In this document: positions 11,801 to 21,590 of the stretch, in pieces | Layout of the letters: every line of letters begins with the position of its first letter | How positions within the stretch are numbered: position 1 is the first letter of the stretch | Assembly: GCA_000091205.1 (NCBI GenBank) | Contig: AP006500.2 | DNA length: 64,000 nt | Reading direction: 5' to 3' (one strand) | DNA from: Cyanidioschyzon merolae | Taxonomy: Eukaryota | The notes under the pieces: model-generated | What the model was told of the DNA's origin: nothing | The model's database searches: none | What the model saw: the letters and a program-made list of their open reading frames with translations, nothing else | Translations under genes and position numbers: made by a program

Positions 11801-13328
11801 CGGAGCGTTCTTTCGGTGCTCGGGGCTGATGATTGAGCACAGCGGGATACCCGCTGTTCGGCGCCTGCACCGTGGCAGGACTACTCCAGGATCTGGTGCA
11901 CACAGTACCGCTCTGAGCGCTCTGGTATGCCGCTGATGCATTGTACAGCGGTGATGCGCCACAGCCTCCTGCCCAGCGCATCAGGCTCGGATCGGAAGCC
12001 ACGATTGATGGGTTATTAGCCATTGGTAACGACGACGAACTCGAGGAGACCGATGACGCGGAAACCGGTGCTCGAGGCGAACGAGCATAGCCATTCAACG
12101 TGTTGATGCCTGACAATGCCGTCGTTGCACGCTGCTGATCCCAGGCGTCTTCGCATGACTTCCACGAAGCGGCCCCGGACACAGGTCCCGACCACGCAGA
12201 ACGGGAGCTTCCAAACGCGCGACCGCTCACGACAGATCCCCCTTCTAGCCCAGACACGGAACTGTACTGACTCGCACTTCGAGCTCGCACCGGTGACGAC
12301 ACTACCGAGGAGGACTCGAAGGCTGGGCTTGGCGTGCGCGCCACATCCGACCGTGCTATCTCTGAAATCGTGCGGTGCGGAATCGGTGCCCAGAGCCTTG
12401 AGTAGGCGCCCTCCGCAGCCGACGGTGTGGTCCTTCCAGTACACGTCAGTGGACCAGCCAGGGGCTGCTGTTCACTCGGCGAGGAACAACACGCCGCAGG
12501 CTGCCATACCCGCGGGCAGGGCGCCACTCCCCAGCCTTGAGGAGTTGCAGTGCGTAAATCGCTTTGGAAAGCGGCTGATCCGCTCTCAGAGCCTGCGGAA
12601 AGAGCTGACTGCTGTGCACGCCACCAGTCCGCCTGCTCTGGACGGCTTTGAAACGTCCACTGGGTCGGTGCACGCCTCAATGGCGGGGCGCTCTGAATAG
12701 ATAAATTTGAAAACCTCTCCAGTGTTGTCTGGTCCTTTTCTGTCCAGTCCCTTTGTAGGACACGGGGTCCACGTAATGGATCCGTCTGCGACCCGTAGCC
12801 ACGGAGCATCTCGTTGCGCCGGGTGTCGGCTCCCAGCTGATGGGAGCCAGAAGCAACTTTCCAACTCGCAAGGCGATCCGAAGACATCTGATTCGGCGTG
12901 GACAGCTCTCCAGGATCAGAATACTGCGCGTCGTTGGAGCCGGAAACACGTCCCGGTGACGGTACTGAACAAAAACCCGGACATCCCCAAATCGTCGAAG
13001 CATACATAGAGTTCTTGCCCGCATCTTCCCCGGATCCACCGATGCGCTCGGATGCTGCACTCCAAATATCTTCGCCTGTTGCCACTCCCAAAAGCGATGC
13101 ACCGCGTCCAAACTCCACCTTCTTCCGGAACTGACCCGGAGGCGGCGCGCTGGCCACTCGGGGCGGCTGTTCGTTTTCCAACGCCGCTTCAAAACCGACC
13201 GGAAGTGTCATCTGAGGCGACACAGCACTTCCGCTAACCGTACCAACGCGCACACGAGCCGCGTCGTCTTGCGCGGGCGCCGCCCTGGCTCGAGCATCGA
13301 CGCCGGTCCAATTGCGTTGCGTGCCCAT
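8808..13328 (-). CDS. Pumilio-family (PUF) RNA-binding protein, 1506 aa, long low-complexity N-terminal region
   Basis: Eight PUF repeats near the C-terminus (about nt 9130-10210): FGNYVVQKLLEHGT, MYGCRAVQKALE, DQNGNHVIQKCIE, SYGCRVIQRILE, DQYGNYVIQHVVEHG, HKYASNVVERCL, DQFGNYVVQRVLD. ATG start at 13328..13326. Confidence 0.85.
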   Translation of the reverse strand: MGTQRNWTGVDARARAAPAQDDAARVRVGTVSGSAVSPQMTLPVGFEAALENEQPPRVASAPPPGQFRKKVEFGRGASLLGVATGEDIWSAASERIGGSGEDAGKNSMYASTIWGCPGFCSVPSPGRVSGSNDAQYSDPGELSTPNQMSSDRLASWKVASGSHQLGADTRRNEMLRGYGSQTDPLRGPRVLQRDWTEKDQTTLERFSNLSIQSAPPLRRAPTQWTFQSRPEQADWWRAQQSALSAGSESGSAAFQSDLRTATPQGWGVAPCPRVWQPAACCSSPSEQQPLAGPLTCTGRTTPSAAEGAYSRLWAPIPHRTISEIARSDVARTPSPAFESSSVVSSPVRARSASQYSSVSGLEGGSVVSGRAFGSSRSAWSGPVSGAASWKSCEDAWDQQRATTALSGINTLNGYARSPRAPVSASSVSSSSSSLPMANNPSIVASDPSLMRWAGGCGASPLYNASAAYQSAQSGTVCTRSWSSPATVQAPNSGYPAVLNHQPRAPKERSADDRQICTGKKGDGLDTNGNEEHEQRVPNRRERAASSPGYVGHVTNGKSQNSEESSCGRRDAAARLESTLQWASRPPLNIPVTESQPSPETCVQEQRTARCCLESPADGVSEPDNQCRVDSQMIGSGTTSVSETGRPQIDPNANRTHRLSPSRQSSLVEGTFEHYECHNGRRLCPGYSATSPRPLQVANAAGAHLSQALPLISPSPGATQPLEESIWIHPDQIVLNGSEQAGLCTEVELADRRATPVYSWHPAAQLPSGIACPQGRAASVRKESTLVASGSEDANESSMFSLVPDHCVSFPPVIPSGCRFVCAHATEDAMRMRSAKHGNLADASIPESCLSAEPAAYGAQTTSPRPSSASSSSFVSEENGGRPAVPGSVGPAGANPIPAAAAAARAPRREPTTQMGHSSGVAQLRAPFVSVAPILTDSYSGQVRVGGFLQTAAAPPATVPPTGAPPRSPLHFPSLDLGTSGTLSSPDAANPPNSGVIASVGRSALLERFRTALLASDEAFTSWKLEDIRGQIVEFSTDQHGSRFIQTKLETATPDQVGWVLQEVLAEMNRLVTDVFGNYVVQKLLEHGTARDLQAIAMKLKNRILALSLHMYGCRAVQKALEVLPASTQAELVIELDGHVLKCIRDQNGNHVIQKCIERVPGQHVQFIVDAVRGQAVSLAEHSYGCRVIQRILEYSPEEQKVPIMREIMQACRTLIRDQYGNYVIQHVVEHGKEEERAHILRMVRDQCISMSQHKYASNVVERCLQHGSPADRKALIDILLGRSDVAGSGSGGGGSSGATALPRNSVPLIDLVQDQFGNYVVQRVLDVAGDEQRQQAAELLRANLNVIKRFSYGKHILARLESTGAAAMAPTFANREGAPGGAHPCVQNLQNTGKRAPAQRLQLEPSSNCSSASNSSSSSATTTSSASSTWNLRTASIASPSKRRGRATGCFSSEVLELEASMKKRSEGVTAGGFPQASPASATATAATAERNPRAAGRARRQTHTR
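10619..10638. repeat. (GCT)6 microsatellite inside the Pumilio CDS
   Basis: gctgctgctgctgctgcc read directly. Confidence 0.7.
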
Positions 13329-13892
13329 CCTGCTCCCTCGCCAGCGTCGTGTGTCGACGGCAAGGAGTACTCAAGAACCTCGAAACGCACCCGAACCGCA
13401 ACACAAAACCGGCAATCACGACACGCTTGCACTAGCTATCGTAAGCACTGGAAGCTCCTGAGCTGTTTCAGTCTCCCCGTTTTGCAAGCCCCAATGAACT
13501 ACAAACCAAAGCGCACCAGCAGTTTATCTCCAAGCCACAAACTGACAAAACTGCTGCCCCGAACGAGCCACAGACACTATACCAATAACAACCCGCCGTG
13601 TGGACTTTCAGAAAACAAGCCCGGCAACAAAAACTATTGCCGCGGCTTCAACCAGTTGCAAGCCAATGCGTCGATAGATAATTAGCAACGCTTGTTGCGT
13701 CGTCCGCCGTCGCTGCAGCCGCGTTGCCCGCTGGATCGCGCAGATCGCGCCCATCCCCGTTGCTGTTGCGCTTTTCTTTAAGGCTGCGACGGCGCGCGTG
13801 CGCTCGTGCACCGCGTGGAGGCTCCCCGGGCGCTGCTGTTGCTGCCGCGCGCTTTAAACCAAACAGACACGCCCTCGACGACGGGGACGGCG

Positions 13893-13912
13893 ATGGATGT
13901 CACATGTGACAT
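13893..13912. repeat. Perfect 20-bp palindrome GGATGTCACATGTGACATCC, about 565 bp upstream of the Pumilio start codon
   Basis: Read directly; self-complementary around a central CACATGTG core. Function unknown (possible regulatory site or hairpin). Confidence 0.4.
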
Positions 13913-14733
13913 CCGGCGAGACCGCATGAGTGGCGCTGCGCTCCCGCGTCCGCGACGTGCCGTGGTGCGAGCGCGGGGCGCGATCGGAATGGGAAATTGG
14001 ATAATGCAGACAATGCGGACAGGCTGCGCGGGCGTCGATTTCTTGCTGATCCCGTGGCGACGCGTGCGGGTTGTGTGGAAACGGCAGCGGGCAGTCATGC
14101 CGTGCACCGCATGCCGTCGCTCGGTGTTGGCCATGGCGGGGCGGTGGCGCACGCGCTCCTCATTGATAGGGGATTCGCGGTGGTAGAAGACTCGGACTGG
14201 GTGTTATGCTGGAGTGCCCAGTTTGAAGTCACCTGCCTGAAAGTGCGTCTTCGCTCGAAAACTGCGAATTCCGAAGGTGTTTCTGGTGCCTAGATGTCCA
14301 ATCAGCAGTGGTTACGATGGAGCTCAGTTTCTGAGTGACCTGGTGCGCTGACGGTAGCGTGACGTCGCTGCATTTGGGCCTCGGCCATGGTCTCTTCGAA
14401 GCGCAAACCTCCTTTATGACTGCGTAAGCCAGTCTGTTTGAAAAGATGTGTGGAATCCGTTTACCTCCACGGTCCACAGGATGAAAGACGCTGATATACC
14501 CACTTGATGTTTGACATTGCGGTACAAGACAGACAATCGCAGTTGCCTTGCTCCGAGGCTGCATAGTCGGTGTGCACGGTGTCGTCCGTGGGAATTTATC
14601 ATGATGCACTGATTGCGACAAATATCGCTGCGGCTTATTGGTACACGCGGATGAACAAAATGCAGCTACTTGGCCCCAAGCTCTGCTGAACCCATTTCGG
14701 ATAAAAATGGAACACTGAAATGCTCGTAGTGTT

Positions 14734-16110
14734 ATTTTCTTTCGATCGTTTCCCGAATGTTCGCTAGAAACACAGCTGCAATATTCAAAGTGCAGCAATA
14801 ACGGCGAATGGATTCATGGGTAGTTCTATGCCCCTCGGTTGTACTATCCGTGGGGATCCCGTCGACTCCCTGCCGCTGGCATTCGATACGTCACCGGGAT
14901 CAAGATGGTTCGTGACGCCCTCATACGCGGGTTCGTAACATAGCCGATATCATCATCTCATTCAGTCGCACGCGCCTGCACTCTTCTGTTTTCCTCAAGT
15001 ATAGCATGCTTGAATCATGCATTCTTCAAGTTTTCGATATTTCTCCTTAAAGGCAACTCGAGGGCGCAGCAATGCGTACAGCTGGGTGGACAGCGAAAAG
15101 AATCGCAACGACTTCACTTGAAGACTTTGTCACATGCTCATATCGAAGGCTGACTACAATTGTCAGGTCAGCTAATCGCATCCGTCCGAGAAGGAAATCC
15201 GCCCGTCCTTGAGACAAGCGGCAACGTGGCGTTCACAGCCGGCGAGATAACGCTCACGGCATACGTCCCCAGAGGCTTCGCTCGCTTCCGTACACACCGA
15301 AGAAAATCGGAGACTCAGACCTGAGTTATCGCAGCGACCGCGCCAGATAGAGAGTCTGGCACCGCCTTGCACGGAGGAAGCGTAGACGGATCGAAGTTTT
15401 CTAGAATTGCGCTCCAGCCTGCATTTTTGCCTCGCGGTACATGGTTCACCACGAAAAGCTTCCCGTTCCACGAATCCTCCATCGAATGCGACACTGTGCA
15501 CTGGCTTGCGCTGGCTTGCACTGGCTTGCGCTGGCATTGCCCCGCACTGCCTCGAGCCGACGCCCTCTGTGTGGTACGGCAACGCCGTTCTGCCTCCGTG
15601 CAGCGACCGCACTGGCGCTATAGGCGTCATTGCTGTCGCTTTCGGCAGGCACTAGGCACACACGATAGGACGTATGAAACGACTAGAATATCCGGGAAGT
15701 AGTGTGGGTCATGGAACTTGGAGGCAGGGCGTTCGATGGCTACTTCACCGCACACAAACAAAAAGAAAACAAAAAGTGCACAATCGGAGAACGCTGGCCT
15801 AAGTAAGCATTTTGTCAGTGAGAAAAATCCGACACTGTGTTCGCTGAGGGCATTGCGCTGATGCAACCTGCCAGCGAAGCGCACGGCAGCGAGCCCGCAA
15901 ACTGAGAAGAGCATCGTGGTAAGCCTTCGATACTCGTCAATTGCCTGGAACGAGCGAAAACGCGAGCTGTACGACGCCTCAAAACGGCCCTCCGAGGAAG
16001 AGGAGCAGGAGCAGGAGAGGCTTTGGTGGATATACGGGAACACCTGACCACAGCCAAAAGTCATCGATGCGAGGACGCACAGAGGCTGTATACAATGAAG
16101 ATGAAAATGG
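14734..16110. repeat. Direct repeat copy R2 (1377 bp), >99% identical to 4076-5452
   Basis: See R1; a few single-base differences (e.g. 4183 a vs 14841 g; 5284 a vs 15942 c). Confidence 0.85.
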
Positions 16111-16814
16111 CAAGCGAAATATGCATCGAAACATCTGCATGCGCATGAAATGTGTTGAAAACCACTGGAAGCAGCAAAACAGGGGCTTTAAATCTGCAGT
16201 GAACATCTTCCGATCGCTAATGATGGAGCTGGAAGGAACGGAGACACCGTCGTATCTCAAGTCGGAGCTCGAAGAGAAGGAAGAAAATCAGCCGCGAAAA
16301 AGCCCTTAATGCCTGTTGCTGACGGCAATTGGAGGATACCTAAAATTCAGTATTCACGTTCGAGGTAGAATAGTGTATCCGTTTCATTTTATTCTGAGAG
16401 AGGTCTAGCTCATGGCAGCTATAGAAAATGACTCACTGACTGGCTGCCACTTGCGATGAAGAGCTTGCATAGCAGGTTCTTTTCTAGATCGCAACACCTA
16501 CTGCAGGACCAGAGCTTGGGACAGTATCGTGAATAAGTGTTGTGCTTTGAGAAAGCGGCTGCACGGGCTCTGTACCAGAACGACAAGCGCGGTGAGCCCG
16601 CTACGCTGAAGATGCATTCGCGTTCGAAGCAGCGGCACACACAAGTGCGGTGCTGTCGCCCGCTAGCGCTGGGAGCGCTCCGCAAGCACACTCTTGAGGG
16701 CAACTTTCCCATCACGAGTCGAGTACTTTCACGCTTGCACAGTTCTAGAGCCGCGAGAGGCAGCACGCACAACTTCGTGGCCGCTGAAGCAGACGGCGCT
16801 CCTCGAGTTCGAAG

Positions 16815-19499
16815 ATGCTTGCCGGGTTCTCAGACGTTTTCTGCTCTCCTCTTAGCCAATCGCCCGCGCACAGAACGTTTAGAGAGCGTGCTGCACTCGA
16901 CACGTCCCGACGGCGCCCCAGAAGTATACGTCGCATAAAGGCTTGTGCAGAGCCGTTATCGGATCACCCGAGGAGACCTTTTTATCGCTTCCACGCCCCG
17001 TCATGGTACGGGCCTTTGCGCCACTTCCCACCGGGTCCAGTACATCCCATGGACTTGTATGGAAGGCCATCGTCCTTATCCATAGAAGATGATCGGGAAA
17101 TTCGCCCCGGTTTGAAAGGAGACTCTGACTTTGATGTCGCGATGCGGTACTGTGAGCATCATCCGCTAGCGCCTATGCGGATCCTCGCGGATGCCCTGGA
17201 AAATGCTCCCGACGCACAGCGCATTCCAGAATGGCCGCAATACCTCCAGTGGTTTGACTGTGATGAGCGAACGGGTGATGTACGTAGCATCTATGCACCT
17301 TTGCATCCCGCGGAATCAGAAAGCATCACGGTGTTGCAGTTCTTTACAACGGAGAATACTGACTGTTGGTTTGGTCACCGATTTTGGCGACATGCGCAGC
17401 TAGTATGCCGGGAATATCCAGCAGTTCGCTTCGTTCGCATTCTCGCAGAAAAGTATGAGGCAGTCCGCGAGAAACTCACTAGAGAGCGAACGGAGCAGAG
17501 GCTGAACGAAAGGCTCGGGGAACGGCCACCGATGCCGAGCAAGCGATCCCTGCACAGCACTTTGGAGCGCGAACGGCTTGACGGTGTCGTTGCAGTGGAT
17601 TCCGAGCGTCTAGATTTTTTTCGGACTGTAGGCGCGATCGGGTGGCCGTTTTGTGTGGTGCTCGCCCCCACAGGCACGCTAGTCGCAAAGTGGTATCAGG
17701 GGAGTCTCTGTGGCGGCCTCGCTCTAGATGAGAACAATGGCCATGTATTCTTGTTGGATATCATCCTAGCAGGAGCTATGGATTACTATGCCACACAATT
17801 GCGTTCCGGCCTTCATCCCGGACAGTTTTCATTGTTGAATGATCCACAAAGGCCGCCTGTGTTCCCTGAGGAGCCGCCAAAACCCATTGGACACCAGCTT
17901 GTGCCACGCTCACCCAAGAAGCAGGCTCAAGAGATGCTGGACAAATCTGAGGCGCTGAGGCTTCGGTACCCTTCCAAAGTGATCGTATTTCGTAGGGTGG
18001 AGCCACTAGCGTCAGCAGTGCGCTCGCCAGACTCCGGGCAGCATCATTCCCTGTGTGACATAGATGACTCGACTGTAACGTCGCGCACTTACATGGTCAT
18101 CGCCGATACGAACAACGATCGAGTGGTTTGGTGCCTCTTGGACGAATCCGGTGCCATACCGAAACTCGATCTACGGCACAACGGAACGGTTGAGGGTCTG
18201 CGACGGCCCCGGGGAATTTGCTACGATCACACGCACGATCTTGTCTACCTTGCTGACACAGAAAATCATCGAATATGTCGTTTCCGAGTACCACAATTCG
18301 CGATGCCGAATCCCGGAACACCGTATCCCGTCGAGTGGATTGCGGGAACTGGTGCTGCAAAATTTGACCTTTTCGGTACCCGAAGAGCGCGCCACCAGTC
18401 GCTGGTCTTTCCCTGGGACGTGGCCGTGGGACCGCGCTTTCGCTTCACTCCGACTGCGCCCTTGGATGAGGCGAACTCAGCCGCACCCTTGGGTTCGCCG
18501 GACCGCAGCCCCGCCTCCCATGCCGTATACGTCACGAACGCTGGTTTGAATCAGCTCTGGCAGATTGATTTCTTCGCGAAACAAACCGCCCCAGATACGA
18601 TGCATCCTGAGCCGCGCTCCTGCCGAGCGGTTTGCGGTAGCGGTGATCATCGCCAACTGGATATCACGAGCGCAGACAACGAACGCTTGCGAATAGAGCC
18701 CAAACGTTCGTGCTGTTTTGTATCGAGTATGGCTCAACCGACTGGTCTCGCACTAATTCCAGAGAGCTGTGCTGGCGATGGCGACACGAAGGGACCCTTT
18801 ATCGCCTTTATCGATGCTGAGTCGAGTTCGGTGCGTTACTTTGCGCCGAGATCACGCAGTCTGTGCACACTGGCTGGAGGCGGCTCAGCAACAGGTGACA
18901 TCGATGACCTCTTTGAGTACGGGTATTTGGATCATGCGTCTGGAAAGAACGCAAGATTTCAGCACCCGCTGGGTATCACGTACGATTCGTCACGTCGAGC
19001 GCTCTTCGTGGCTGACACCTATAACAATTGCATCCGCTGTGTAGACTGGTCGACTGGTGCAGTAGATACAGTGCACCTTGTTCCCGCCGATCCAGCAGCG
19101 ACAGAACTTTTAGTCGACATGGATCAACGTGGAAAGGTAACGCAAGACGATGCGATACCGTTCTGTTTGAACGAACCAACAGGTGTGGAGGCGGATCCAG
19201 AGGCTTTTCAGGGACGAGGCGCGCTCTGGATTGCAGACACGAACGCGCACCGTATTCTCTGTGTCGAGTGGTTACCGAGTGCATCGAGCGAGGACTCGAA
19301 GGAATCGATGGATGACGAGCAGCTTGCTCAGAAGCAAACGCCCAAGCAGCGCGGAGATCAACGGCAAAGGTTGAAGCTTTCGCGGGTCACGCTCTGGGGG
19401 CGTGTGCATGTTGTTTGGGATGATGCCCTTCTAGAGCAGGCCGCTCACTTGGGGCAGCGTGCACGAGCGGGCATCGTTGAGGCTCAGCCCCGAACCTGA
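16815..19499 (+). CDS. NHL-repeat protein resembling NHLRC2 (N-terminal thioredoxin-like region followed by NHL beta-propeller repeats)
   Basis: Repeated NHL-type motifs LVYLADTENHRICRF, YVTNAGLNQLWQIDF, ALFVADTYNNCIRCVD, ALWIADTNAHRILCVE; N-terminal region with VVLAPTGTLVAKW-type thioredoxin-like segment; ATG start at 16815. Confidence 0.65.
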   Translation: MLAGFSDVFCSPLSQSPAHRTFRERAALDTSRRRPRSIRRIKACAEPLSDHPRRPFYRFHAPSWYGPLRHFPPGPVHPMDLYGRPSSLSIEDDREIRPGLKGDSDFDVAMRYCEHHPLAPMRILADALENAPDAQRIPEWPQYLQWFDCDERTGDVRSIYAPLHPAESESITVLQFFTTENTDCWFGHRFWRHAQLVCREYPAVRFVRILAEKYEAVREKLTRERTEQRLNERLGERPPMPSKRSLHSTLERERLDGVVAVDSERLDFFRTVGAIGWPFCVVLAPTGTLVAKWYQGSLCGGLALDENNGHVFLLDIILAGAMDYYATQLRSGLHPGQFSLLNDPQRPPVFPEEPPKPIGHQLVPRSPKKQAQEMLDKSEALRLRYPSKVIVFRRVEPLASAVRSPDSGQHHSLCDIDDSTVTSRTYMVIADTNNDRVVWCLLDESGAIPKLDLRHNGTVEGLRRPRGICYDHTHDLVYLADTENHRICRFRVPQFAMPNPGTPYPVEWIAGTGAAKFDLFGTRRARHQSLVFPWDVAVGPRFRFTPTAPLDEANSAAPLGSPDRSPASHAVYVTNAGLNQLWQIDFFAKQTAPDTMHPEPRSCRAVCGSGDHRQLDITSADNERLRIEPKRSCCFVSSMAQPTGLALIPESCAGDGDTKGPFIAFIDAESSSVRYFAPRSRSLCTLAGGGSATGDIDDLFEYGYLDHASGKNARFQHPLGITYDSSRRALFVADTYNNCIRCVDWSTGAVDTVHLVPADPAATELLVDMDQRGKVTQDDAIPFCLNEPTGVEADPEAFQGRGALWIADTNAHRILCVEWLPSASSEDSKESMDDEQLAQKQTPKQRGDQRQRLKLSRVTLWGRVHVVWDDALLEQAAHLGQRARAGIVEAQPRT

Positions 19500-20039
19500 T
19501 GATGCACGTGCCGTTCTGATCAGCGTTTCAGTACAGTGGGCGTTGTATCCAGGGGTGTAGGTAGCGCTCAGCCGCGTTGCCAAATGTGGTGGCTTCTGTA
19601 GCGGCTTCGATGGATTGTCCTTGCGAGTACGAGGTGCTGTCCGCATGAACGCGCACGCTCTTCTGGAGTTGCTGTTTGTCGAAGACCTGTTCGCCCCTTC
19701 TTTGGCATATGTGTTCGTGCAGTATCGATTTTCTCGACGTTGCGAAGCAGGGCGGATGTGCTGCTCTCATGCTGCTCGTTGCGGTAAACGTATAGATCAT
19801 CATGCAAGCTCAGGGGTGTTTCTTCGTTTTGAGCGTGCATCTACAGGTTGCAGGTCAGGAGGCACTCTCAAAACAGGTGTGCCTGGTGAAAAGCGCGCTA
19901 CGATGCCTGGAAGAGAGTAGTGGAGGCTTCCGGTCTCTTTCGGATCTTCGTGGCAGACTCAGCGCCCGGACGGTCGCTGAGTCTGCCAAATTGTTTTCTT
20001 AGAGTATGGTTGTTCAGTTTGTGGAATCTGGACACATCG

Positions 20040-21590
20040 CCGCTACATCCATTTTACATTAAAGAGGGACACGTTCTCGAACGCTGACGGACACGCTCAA
20101 ATTCTGGCCTTTTTTGATTGCCATCATCATAAGCATTTGCAGGATGTTTCTGCGGATGCTTCATTTTCCTCTTCCTTATCTCCGGATTGTAAAACGCAGA
20201 CCTCTACTGTCGCTTTTTTTCTAGTGCAAGGTGTAAAAGGACGTTGTTGGTAGCGCCAAATGCCCGATTTCGTAGTTTTCCGCTGTTGTCGAAGCTTGTT
20301 ACGCACAGAAGGAAGCTGCGATCTACGCTTCGATTGCCGTTTTCATCTTCCTGTGTACAACTTGTCGGCCTGCTTGGCAGCGATGACACTTTGCTATGGT
20401 CAGATGTTCCGGTATGTCTCGTGCAGTAAGTCCTGCTTCTAGGGCCATCCTATGATTCTTGAACGCTCGCCCTGCAGCTCGGTAGAAGCTTTGGACGAAA
20501 AAGAGGGCTTTGCTCGATGCCTTCCTATTTTGTCGTGATCGCTATCGTCTCATACGATCACGAGCTTCCTCTGGAAGATTCCCTGGACGAGGACTCTGTC
20601 CGCTGCGCATGGGAGCGCATGCTTTTTCACTAGAGATGGGATTTGCGGAACGCGATGTTGTCTATGATGAAAAGTACCTGAAAGAAAATCTACGCTGCAG
20701 AACAAGTCCAGAAATTTCGATCCATCTACGTGCTCTTCGTCGAATGCTGCATCACGTTTTGCATTGCAAGCGATCGTACCGATGGCTGAATTCCAAGTCC
20801 AGGACCCTTTTCCACACAAGCAGAAGAGAAGGAAGCCTCCGAGAGCGTATTCAGTGATGGGATTATGGCGCTGTCGATTGCTGTTTCAAGGGCGGCCATG
20901 ACGAGAGTGGAATTTGTCCTTCGAACAGAATCGATTGTTAAACGTTAGAAATTAAGTGGGCTTTGAGCCTAAGATTGTGAATAGGTTGTCAAAGGGCGAC
21001 GTCGAGTATTTTTTTGCCGTCAATGCAATGGCGTGAGTTGGTGCGTCTACTAGTTGCCTCGAAACAGGGATATCGCAAACTTGGGGAATCTACGATTCGA
21101 GAATGCTGCACACGATGAACGGAGAATCGGGGCTTGGACGCATGCACTGGATAATTATATAGATTGCATGGCGAAGCCTTGTCCAATGTCATTGCAAATT
21201 ATGCGGGTTACGGTAAAGTAACCAAATCTAGCGGCGAAGCATACATTGCGCGACTCCGAAAAGACGAGCAAGCACTCCAAAACTAAGAATGAATTCGTAA
21301 GCCCATAATCTTGCATTTTGAATGTCAAGTATATTCATCGGGAAAAACGAAAGGAAACCACAGAGCGCGCTATTCAGTATTCCATTTTCATCTGATGTCG
21401 GTGAAGATATCAGAGCTAGGTCCCGGCGATCAACAACGTTTTGCAAAACCCGAACATTTTTGTTCATCATGTTCGATTCTGTGGCATGACAAACGCCGAA
21501 GGCGTCATACCCATTTGCGTCTGCTGGAACAAGCGAGTCTCTGGGAAGGCGCTGAAGTCTCGTACCCTGATCGTTGGCAGCGATCCCTCA
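20040..21590. repeat. Dispersed repeat block, copy A (about 1.5 kb), diverged colinear homolog of 30500-32100; directly abuts Fanzor remnant
   Basis: Multiple colinear matching segments at roughly 75% identity and constant offset about 10.45 kb: catcatcataagcatttgcaggatgtttctg vs catcaccataagcgtttgcagaatgtttctg; aagctgcgatctacgcttcgattgcc vs aatttgcgatctacgcttcgcttgcc; gaaagaaaatctacgctgcagaacaagtccag vs gaaaggaaaatccagactggagaacaagtccag; ttacggtaaagtaaccaaatctagcggcgaag vs ctacggtaacgtcaagaattgcagtcgccaat; lower GC than flanks. Confidence 0.55.

Noticed and set aside
4076-16110. LTR retrotransposon defined by the two 1377-bp direct repeats
   Set aside because: The interior encodes a Pumilio protein and a CCT-motif protein on opposite strands, with no gag, protease, RT, RNase H or integrase motifs. 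The repeats lack TG...CA termini and no PBS/PPT-like sequence is evident. A segmental duplication or other repeat type is more likely.
20550-20819. Similar peptides from minus-strand ORFs 20550-20819 and 30877-31224 as evidence of a conserved protein-coding gene
   Set aside because: Plus-strand ORFs over the same DNA are equally similar. The similarity follows from about 75% nucleotide identity of the repeat and does not by itself show coding selection. I kept it only as a possibility within the repeat finding.
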